Shown here piece after piece: positions 1 through 5,226 of a stretch of 39,938 nucleotides of DNA. Where the stretch lies: IMG/VR virus record IMGVR_UViG_3300045988_121860, positions 1-39,938 of that record; one strand, 5' to 3'. The translations under genes and the position numbers were made by a program. Each line of letters starts with the position of its first letter. Position 1 is the stretch's first letter. The notes under the pieces are model-generated. The model was not told the origin of the DNA. It worked only from the letters and a program-made list of their open reading frames with translations, and did not search any database. Source of the DNA: a virus.

Positions 1-507
1 GTCGTCGATCGCTTCACTGTTCCCCTGTTCCCCTGTTCCCCTGTTCCCCTGTTCCCCTGTTCCAGGCGCGAGGGTGTCGCGAGGCGTCGCGACAGTGTCG
101 CGAATTGTTGCGACGGTTTCGCGAATGGCGTCGTTCTGCGGGAAAGTGGTGGCGCCCCCCTCTTCGGGTTCGGGGATGCGTGACGCCTTCGGTTTATCTA
201 CCCTCTGGTGCTTTCCCCACCCCGTTACTAGGAAATAGGTCCTAGATGCGACGGTATAGCGAAGGATCAAATCCGCTTCGGAAAGCCTCGCGAGACCGTC
301 GCGAACCTTCGCGACAGTCTCGCGAGGATTCGCGACCATATCGTGCGGATACAGCGCGGCCACGATCAGAGCCACGTCATCACGGCCCCGGCCATGGTCA
401 TCCACATACGACCAGAGCCCAATGAACAGCAGCCGATCACTGTCCGACAGGGCTGCGATATCCGGGCTCGACCAGAACTCCGGCTTGATAGACCGAATCC
501 TCATCAT
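1..507 (-). CDS. Replication initiator / replisome-organiser-like DNA-binding protein, N-terminal 169 codons; the gene crosses the circular junction and continues 39883 down to 39536 (about 284 aa in total)
   Basis: Own translation of the minus frame (codons on 1-3, 4-6, ...) finds no stop between 507 and 1. The first in-frame stop upstream is tta at 520-522. ATG-ATG sits at 507-502 with AGGAGGAA just upstream, and there is an ATGA overlap with the stop of gene 504..956. The N-terminus MMRIRSIKPEFWSSPDIAALSDSDRLLFIGLWSYVDDHGRG carries the IKPxFW / RLLFIGLW signature I recognise from phage replication/DnaD-like proteins. The frame is continuous with ORF 39536..39826 through the 55-nt overlap. 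The ORF is absent from the track because it runs off the window edge. Confidence 0.75.
   Translation of the reverse strand, partial: MMRIRSIKPEFWSSPDIAALSDSDRLLFIGLWSYVDDHGRGRDDVALIVAALYPHDMVANPRETVAKVRDGLARLSEADLILRYTVASRTYFLVTGWGKHQRVDKPKASRIPEPEEGGATTFPQNDAIRETVATIRDTVATPRDTLAPGTGEQGNRGTGEQGNSEAIDD
18..63. repeat. Octanucleotide tandem repeat (TGTTCCCC)x5 + TGTTCC inside the initiator gene
   Basis: Read directly: 18-57 is five exact 8-nt units and 58-63 is a partial sixth. On the coding (minus) strand it encodes GTGEQGNR-GTGEQGNS in the linker of the initiator. Confidence 0.95.
77..124. promoter_or_regulatory. Phased TCGCGA hexamer array A (candidate origin iterons)
   Basis: TCGCGA at 77, 87, 98 and 119, and TTGCGA at 108. 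Spacing is 10/11/10/11 bp, about one site per helical turn. The array lies in the coding linker of the initiator. Confidence 0.55.
288..335. promoter_or_regulatory. Phased TCGCGA hexamer array B (candidate origin iterons)
   Basis: Five perfect TCGCGA at 288, 299, 309, 320 and 330 with the same 10/11-bp alternation as array A. The array lies inside the initiator N-terminal domain coding sequence. Confidence 0.55.
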
Positions 508-956
508 TTCCTCCTGGCATTAAATACGGGGCTGGTTTGCATACGCCAGGTGAAGGCCGCCCACGCCTCGTCGTCCCACGCCCGCGCGGGGTCGGCGTCG
601 TCGGCCGCGCACTCGGCGGCGGAGTCAGCAAGGTCCTCCAGGTAGTAGGTCCAGTCGTCTACGCCCGCGTACAGGAACAGGTAGTAGCAGATGGGTATGT
701 GCCCCATGACCGCCTTCGCCCACTCGTGGAAGTCCTCGCCCGTGTAGCCAGCGTCGTCATAGTAGGGACCAAGCCACATCACGACGTGGCTGGCCGCATC
801 CTGGCATGGCCGACACTCCCGCCACTCCCAGATCGCCCCGCGGTCAGCGATCGTCTCCCGGCCGTACTGCTCGCCCTTAGGGATGCGGCGGCCGCAGGCA
901 TCGCACCTGACGCGCCCACGAGAACGAGGCGACCTCTCGCGGATGATGTCGCTCAT
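504..956 (-). CDS. Hypothetical protein with CxxC...CxxC zinc-ribbon-like motif (150 aa)
   Basis: ORF 504..1103 trimmed to Met50 (MSDIIRERS...). This ATG forms an ATGA overlap with the rusA stop at 953-956, and the longer N-terminus is Arg-rich shadow-type sequence. Confidence 0.7.
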   Translation of the reverse strand: MSDIIRERSPRSRGRVRCDACGRRIPKGEQYGRETIADRGAIWEWRECRPCQDAASHVVMWLGPYYDDAGYTGEDFHEWAKAVMGHIPICYYLFLYAGVDDWTYYLEDLADSAAECAADDADPARAWDDEAWAAFTWRMQTSPVFNARRK

Positions 957-1459
957 TCTGCGTCCTCCTGAATCTTCCGCTCCTCGACCTCCAGCCACTC
1001 GGCACAGTTGTAGGTGGCTGACATTCCCTCCTCGTCGACGCGGGAGACGTAGACGAGTACGCCAGGCTTGTAGCCGTCGGCGTAGTCCTTGGACGCGCGC
1101 CACGCCACGATCCTGCTGTCATCCTTGAGGACGCCGGGGCGCTTGTAGGGGGCGAGGGCGTCACCCACGGCACGCTGAAGCTTGTCCAGGTCCGGCTTCA
1201 CATGCGGAAAGACCCTGCCTTTAGCGCTCTTGGGGCGGGGTAGGAGGAAGGCCGTAGTGACCTCGACGGGCCCGTCGTAGCGGGGCTCCCAGCCAGCCTT
1301 GCGTGCGGCGTCCTCGGCGGCTCTGGCGACTCTGAGCCGCCACTGGTCGAGTTCGGGGCCGCGGTCGTGGGTGACGACCACCCGCTGACCCGAGGTGAAC
1401 GCCTTGGTTGAGCCCTCGGTGATCGGCTCACCGGGGACGAAGAAAGAGAATGAATCCAT
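953..1459 (-). CDS. rusA: RusA-family Holliday junction resolvase
   Basis: 168 aa. The N-terminus FFVPGEPITEGSTKAF..., the LLPRPKS segment and the KPDLDKLQRAVGDAL...VLKDDSRIV motifs are typical of RusA endodeoxyribonucleases. Confidence 0.85.
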   Translation of the reverse strand: MDSFSFFVPGEPITEGSTKAFTSGQRVVVTHDRGPELDQWRLRVARAAEDAARKAGWEPRYDGPVEVTTAFLLPRPKSAKGRVFPHVKPDLDKLQRAVGDALAPYKRPGVLKDDSRIVAWRASKDYADGYKPGVLVYVSRVDEEGMSATYNCAEWLEVEERKIQEDAE

Positions 1460-1485
1460 TGGTGTTCCTTGGTTTCGTAGGGAAG

Positions 1486-1878
1486 TTAGGCTGCTAGGAG
1501 AGTGAGCAGGTCGCCCTGCTCGGGCACCGGCGCGGCGTCAGCGTGGCCGGTGAGGTAGCAGGTGCAGCGGGGGTCATGGGTAGCGCGGGCGTCCCACGCC
1601 TGCCAGGAGTCGACGCCGTCGAGGATCGGGACGCGCCCCTGGGTGTCGGTGACCCAGCAGAGGGGCGCGTCGGCCGGCCAGCGGTCCATCCGGTGAGTGC
1701 AGGCGGCGTGGTCACCCGCCTGGCAGTCACCGCAGGCCCCGCCACGAGCGAGGAAGCGGCGGCAGGGGCACCGGTCGTAGAGGAACGGCCACTGGGCGTA
1801 GGCGCGCCGCATGGGAGGCAGCCAGGCGTGCTCTCGCACCCAGGCCGCCTCCTCAGCGGTCATCACGGGGGTAGTCAT
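1486..1878 (-). CDS. Cys-rich hypothetical protein (130 aa)
   Basis: ORF 1486..2190 trimmed to Met105 (MTTPVMTAEE...), which makes an ATGA overlap with the stop of 1875..2147. It carries a CPCRRFLARGGACGDCQAGDHAAC cysteine cluster. Confidence 0.65.
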   Translation of the reverse strand: MTTPVMTAEEAAWVREHAWLPPMRRAYAQWPFLYDRCPCRRFLARGGACGDCQAGDHAACTHRMDRWPADAPLCWVTDTQGRVPILDGVDSWQAWDARATHDPRCTCYLTGHADAAPVPEQGDLLTLLAA

Positions 1879-2147
1879 AGGTCGAAGAGGGGGATGGTCC
1901 CCATGGTCTCGTCGACGTCGTCGGCGGGCTGGTGGACAGCGAGGCAGGCGGGGCAGACGAGCGGGTCGGTGAGGTCGGCGGACTCGACCACGGTGCAGTG
2001 ATCCCTGAGGAACGGCATGCCGGCCATCTTGATCTCGTGGTCGCAGAGGCGGGTGAGCATGAACCAGGTGCCGCCCTGGTAGCGAGTGACCTCCCCGACT
2101 TCGACCAGGTGGCGGCGAATCCGCCCCGGCAGGAGGAGGCGGGTCAT
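1875..2147 (-). CDS. Hypothetical protein (90 aa)
   Basis: ORF track. ATGA overlaps at both ends link it into the early chain (2144-2147 and 1875-1878). Confidence 0.65.
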   Translation of the reverse strand: MTRLLLPGRIRRHLVEVGEVTRYQGGTWFMLTRLCDHEIKMAGMPFLRDHCTVVESADLTDPLVCPACLAVHQPADDVDETMGTIPLFDL

Positions 2148-2659
2148 GTCTCCTCCTGCCAGAGGCCGCGCTCGGCAGCCAGAGCCGCACAGATGGCCTC
2201 GAAGAGGAGGTCGTGGAGGCGGTAGACGATGATCTCCCCGCTAGGGTCGTAGCCCTGGTGGTAGCAGGATGCGAGGTCTCCTAGGGCGCTGAGGAGCCAG
2301 CCGATCCGCTCGGCGGGGTCCACGCCCAGGTCTCGGCCGCGGAGCGTGTATCCGATCATCTTCAGGATGGTCTCTAGATAGCCGTCTGGGTCCCGCTCGC
2401 TGAGGGCCTGGAGGCAGCGTGCGGCGACGATTCGTGCGCGCGCCTGCGCCTGGTCGCTGGGCTTGTGGGTGCGCGCCCGGTGCGCGGACTCGGCCCAGGC
2501 GGTGCACAGTTCTGAGACGTCCCGTGCGATGAGTGCGAGAGGGCCACCAGTCTCAGCGAGCTCCGTCCGACACGGGGGCATCGTGGCTCGGGCCAGGTCG
2601 GCCCGCCTGAGCATGGCCTCGAAATCGTGGCGGCGCTGTTCCATGGTCAGGGCGGTCAT
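2144..2659 (-). CDS. Hypothetical protein (171 aa)
   Basis: ORF track. The composition is non-shadow-like, and there is an ATGA overlap with the upstream stop at 2656-2659. Confidence 0.7.
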   Translation of the reverse strand: MTALTMEQRRHDFEAMLRRADLARATMPPCRTELAETGGPLALIARDVSELCTAWAESAHRARTHKPSDQAQARARIVAARCLQALSERDPDGYLETILKMIGYTLRGRDLGVDPAERIGWLLSALGDLASCYHQGYDPSGEIIVYRLHDLLFEAICAALAAERGLWQEET

Positions 2660-2994
2660 GCGGCGGCCCTCCCCCGCTCGGTGAGGGTGAGGAGGCGCGC
2701 CTTGCGGCCGGAGGGAGTGGTCCAGTAGCGCCCGGTCTCAGCGATGAGCCCCTTGTCCTGCAACTCCCTAACAGCAGTGCGGGCACGAGACGGGGACAAG
2801 ATGCGGTAGGTGTATCGCTCGACGTCGCCGAGGGTGAACATGAGTGGCGGTTGGATTGCGCGGAGCGCCTTCAGGACGACGGCCTGCGATGTGGTGGCGT
2901 CGGTGATGGAGTCGGCGGCCCACTGGCTGGTGACGGGGTCGTTGGCGCGCACAGAACCGCGCTCGCGGGGGTGGATGGTGCTGGCGGTGGTCAT
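2656..2994 (-). CDS. Winged-helix (MarR/PadR-like) DNA-binding protein (112 aa)
   Basis: ORF 2656..3219 trimmed to Met76 (MTTASTIHPRERG...), with an ATGA overlap with the upstream stop at 2991-2994. The C-terminal segment ...RARTAVRELQDKGLIAETGRYWTTPSGRKARLLTLTERG resembles a wHTH wing. Confidence 0.6.
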   Translation of the reverse strand: MTTASTIHPRERGSVRANDPVTSQWAADSITDATTSQAVVLKALRAIQPPLMFTLGDVERYTYRILSPSRARTAVRELQDKGLIAETGRYWTTPSGRKARLLTLTERGRAAA

Positions 2995-3278
2995 GCTGCG
3001 GTCTCTTCCTGGTCGTTGGGCTTCTGGAGTGCGCGGGACTCTCTGTCGCTGGCGTAGCGGGCGGCGAAGGCGAGAGTCATGACGGGCTTGGCTCCGTGTC
3101 GGACCGAGGCCCTGGGCTCGGACAGGAGGACCATGTCGAGTGTGCGGAGGAAATCCATGAGATCGGCGATTGCCTCGCCGCGCTGGTGCGAGACAGGGAT
3201 GTCGGGGAGCATCCGCCATAGGTAGTGGTAGCGGCCGCCGTCTAGGGGGACGATTTTGGAGACTGGGGAGATTGGCAT
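2991..3278 (-). CDS. Hypothetical protein (95 aa)
   Basis: ORF 2991..3317 trimmed to Met14 (MPISPVSK...), which is preceded by GAAAGGAA. The earlier ATG lies inside the upstream gene. Confidence 0.6.
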   Translation of the reverse strand: MPISPVSKIVPLDGGRYHYLWRMLPDIPVSHQRGEAIADLMDFLRTLDMVLLSEPRASVRHGAKPVMTLAFAARYASDRESRALQKPNDQEETAA

Positions 3279-3289
3279 GGGGGTTCCTT

Positions 3290-3478
3290 TCAGGCTTCGG
3301 GGCGGTTGCGCATCCATTCCTCCAGGTCGGAGGCGAGGATGATGTAGCGGCTGCCGGCGAGGCGGGCGGGGAGGTGGAGGTCGGGGTCGGTTGCTTTGAT
3401 GGCGCGGCGGAGGAAGTCGACGGAGAGGCCCGTCAACTCGCTTGCGCGCTGGAGGTTGTAGGCGATGGCGACGCTCAT
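3290..3478 (-). CDS. Excisionase/MerR-type HTH DNA-binding protein (62 aa), candidate Xis or early regulator
   Basis: ORF 3290..3658 trimmed to Met61. MSVAIAYNLQRASELTGLSVDFLRRAIKA...YIILASDLEEWM is the excisionase-family HTH pattern. There is an ATGA overlap with the stop of the 53-aa ORF at 3475-3478. Confidence 0.65.
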   Translation of the reverse strand: MSVAIAYNLQRASELTGLSVDFLRRAIKATDPDLHLPARLAGSRYIILASDLEEWMRNRPEA

Positions 3479-3636
3479 CGGTTCTCCTTTTCGGTGCGGA
3501 TGGTGTGGGCGGCGAGGATGGCGGTGAGGGTGACGGCGAGGAGGAGGACTCCCGTGTGGTGGCCGAGGGCTGCGGCGAGGACGCCCTCGGTGAGGATGGC
3601 GGCGGCGGCCACGGCTCCGAGGATGTAGGTGGTCAT
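3475..3636 (-). CDS. Small two-TM membrane protein (53 aa), not in the ORF track
   Basis: Own translation: MTTYILGAVAAAAILTEGVLAAALGHHTGVLLLAVTLTAILAAHTIRTEKENR. The ATG at 3636 overlaps the TGA of 3633..3947 (ATGA), and its own TGA overlaps the ATG of the Xis-like gene (ATGA). Confidence 0.6.
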   Translation of the reverse strand: MTTYILGAVAAAAILTEGVLAAALGHHTGVLLLAVTLTAILAAHTIRTEKENR

Positions 3637-3947
3637 GCCGCGACCACCTCGACGTCATCGCCCAGGGGGTAGTGCGATTCGATGGTCCAGCGGCCGACGG
3701 TGCGGCTGACGCCCTGGAAGATCATCCCGTGGGATGTGAAAATGACATCTGGGGTGAGGCCGAGAAGGTCGGCGAGGGCCTGCGATCCGCCATCGTAGGC
3801 GTGGATGTCGACCTGGAATTGGCCGCCGCGGTGCGCCCAGGCGTCGACCTTATAGATGTCGATGCAGTTGCGCTCGGCCTCGGCGATGAGGGCGTTCACG
3901 AGAGGCATGGCCTCGCTGATGGGGTGCTGGGTGGTGGGGTTGCACAT
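3633..3947 (-). CDS. Hypothetical protein (104 aa)
   Basis: ORF track. It is the second gene of the early operon and has balanced composition. Confidence 0.7.
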   Translation of the reverse strand: MCNPTTQHPISEAMPLVNALIAEAERNCIDIYKVDAWAHRGGQFQVDIHAYDGGSQALADLLGLTPDVIFTSHGMIFQGVSRTVGRWTIESHYPLGDDVEVVAA

Positions 3948-3963
3948 GGGGTTTCCTTAGGGG

Positions 3964-4185
3964 TTAGGCGGCTTCTGCCTGGGTGATGATCTGGCTGGCG
4001 GTGGTTCCGAGGGCGGTGGCGATGCGGCTGATTTCGTCGAGTTGGAGGCCGCGGCCGGTTCGGAGTCTGCGTTGGAGGGTGGAGCGGGGGATGTCTGTGG
4101 CCTTGCTGAGTTGGAGGAGGCTGGTGCCTGTGGTCTCCATCTGGTGGGTGATCGCCCGAATGATGGGCGGTGGGTTGGTGTCCAT
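3964..4185 (-). CDS. Cro-like HTH regulator heading the early operon (73 aa), probably leaderless
   Basis: ORF 3964..4239 trimmed to Met19 (MDTNPPPIIRAITHQMETTGTSLLQLSKATDIPRSTLQRRL...). It has a classic XRE-type HTH. The ATG lies 7 nt after a TACTGT -10 box and there is no SD. Confidence 0.7.
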   Translation of the reverse strand: MDTNPPPIIRAITHQMETTGTSLLQLSKATDIPRSTLQRRLRTGRGLQLDEISRIATALGTTASQIITQAEAA

Positions 4186-4192
4186 GTAGACC

Positions 4193-4222
4193 ACAGTAGG
4201 TGCCCATTTGGGCACCTGGCAA
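4193..4222 (-). promoter_or_regulatory. Early promoter with operator O1: -35 TTGCCA, 18-bp palindromic spacer GGTGCCCA-AA-TGGGCACC, -10 TACTGT
   Basis: Read on the minus strand: TTGCCA (4222-4217), operator 4216-4199 (perfect 8-2-8 inverted repeat), TACTGT (4198-4193). The ATG of the Cro-like gene is at 4185. Confidence 0.65.
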
Positions 4223-4267
4223 GTCGCTGGGAAACCCATCAGAACTTCGTTACCGTTCCGTCATCTT

Positions 4268-4284
4268 GGTGCCCAATGTGGCAC
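4268..4284. promoter_or_regulatory. Imperfect second operator-like site GGTGCCCAATGTGGCAC
   Basis: It shares the GGTGCCCA half-site with O1, and the second half is degenerate. It lies 10 nt upstream of the plus-strand HTH start codon. Confidence 0.4.
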
Positions 4285-4293
4285 AGTGGAGAC

Positions 4294-4575
4294 ATGAGCA
4301 CGCGAGCAACGAATCCTGGGGTCGGCCTCAACGCCGCTGCGGCCGCCGAACTGCGCACGCTCCGCGAGGAGCGGCACATGACCGTGAGCGGCCTCTCCGA
4401 CGCCTCAGGTATCCCCAAGCGCTCTCTCATCCGCCTACTACAGGCCGAGCGGCCCATCACCTTCGAGCCCCTGTGTGCGCTTGCTGATGCCCTCGGGGTC
4501 AGCGCCTCCACGATCATCTCCCGTGCCGAGGACCGCCTACGCGAGGAGCAGCGGATGCCTGCGTTCTCCTGCTGA
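4294..4575 (+). CDS. CI-like XRE-family HTH repressor candidate (93 aa)
   Basis: The ATG at 4294 is preceded by GGAGA and is in frame with ORF 4042..4575. LRTLREERHMTVSGLSDASGIPKRSLIRLLQAERPITFEPLCALADALGVSASTII is an XRE HTH. The gene is divergent from the Cro-like gene and is the only plus-strand gene outside the 28-30 kb cassette. Confidence 0.7.
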   Translation: MSTRATNPGVGLNAAAAAELRTLREERHMTVSGLSDASGIPKRSLIRLLQAERPITFEPLCALADALGVSASTIISRAEDRLREEQRMPAFSC

Positions 4576-4596
4576 CCGCACCCCATAGACGACGAA

Positions 4597-4629
4597 AGAG
4601 CCCCACCCAGATTCACTGGGCGGGGCTCT
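4597..4629. terminator. Bidirectional stem-loop between convergent genes
   Basis: AGAGCCCCACCCAG-attca-CTGGGCGGGGCTCT, 13 of 14 bp paired. On the minus strand it is followed by TTTCGTCGTC. Confidence 0.6.
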
Positions 4630-4702
4630 AGTCATCTGACCTCACCGACGATTGTCGGTGGCGGAGGCCGGTCAGACGGTAACGATTTCGTCAAAGAATC
4701 GG

Positions 4703-5212
4703 TCACGCGGCACCGAAACGCAGTGGCTCCTTCCCCTTGCGGGCACGACGCTCATTGATAAGGTCGCCAGTCGTCTTCTGCCACCAGCGCTTCGGTGCGG
4801 GAGCGACGTCGTCGGCTGGCTCGACGGCGGGCGACTCGGCCTCCCGCGCGGCCTTCTCAGCCGCGGCCGCCTGCCCCTGACGGACGATGGTCATGGCCTT
4901 CGCCGCGAAGGAGCGAGCCTCCCCGTAGCGCTTCACGTCGAGTTCGACGACGTGCGCATCATCGACGGTCTCGACGATGAGGAACTTCGTCGCCGCGACC
5001 TTCTTCTTGATGGCGAGGGCGAAGATGCCGACGGCGGCGACGCGGGTGGCGGTGAGTCGCTTGCTGGCCGCCTGACCGTCCTCGACGACGATGTCGACGA
5101 CGTCGGCCGGGGGGATGACGGTGAGGCGCTTCGGGACGCCGACTGAACCATCGGAGAAGACGGTGATCTTGCCGTCGTTCGCCTTGAACTGGGCGGAGTG
5201 GAAAAGTGACAT
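4703..5212 (-). CDS. Orphan protein between integrase and repressor (169 aa); candidate lysogen-expressed accessory gene
   Basis: ORF 4703..5230, with the start probably at Met7 (MSLFHSAQFKANDGKITVF...) after AAAGGAAAC. It has a central hydrophobic stretch ATRVAAVGIFALAIKKK and a basic C-terminal tail. I recognise no family with confidence. Confidence 0.6.
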   Translation of the reverse strand: MSLFHSAQFKANDGKITVFSDGSVGVPKRLTVIPPADVVDIVVEDGQAASKRLTATRVAAVGIFALAIKKKVAATKFLIVETVDDAHVVELDVKRYGEARSFAAKAMTIVRQGQAAAAEKAAREAESPAVEPADDVAPAPKRWWQKTTGDLINERRARKGKEPLRFGAA

Positions 5213-5226
5213 GGTGAGGTTTCCTT

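Noticed and set aside
1-63. The short tandem repeats at the window ends as a CRISPR array or a physical direct terminal repeat
   Set aside because: The units are 8 nt with no spacers, so this is not CRISPR. The end duplication is exactly 55 nt and lies in the middle of an intact gene, which fits an assembly closure overlap better than packaging termini.
1486-2190. Long N-terminal extensions given by the ORF track (also 35905..36921, 35120..36055, 31359..32228, 13761..14612, 20883..21386, 27307..27732 and others)
   Set aside because: The extensions are Arg/Pro/His-rich and overlap the preceding gene. They lack an SD. Internal ATG/GTG codons sit in ATGA/GTGA overlaps or behind clear SD sequences, so I used the shorter starts.
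3290-3478. A firm assignment of this HTH as the excisionase
   Set aside because: The fold-type motif fits excisionase/MerR-family HTH proteins. The gene lies 1.7 kb from int inside the early operon, and similar small HTH proteins act as transcription regulators. I kept it as a candidate only.
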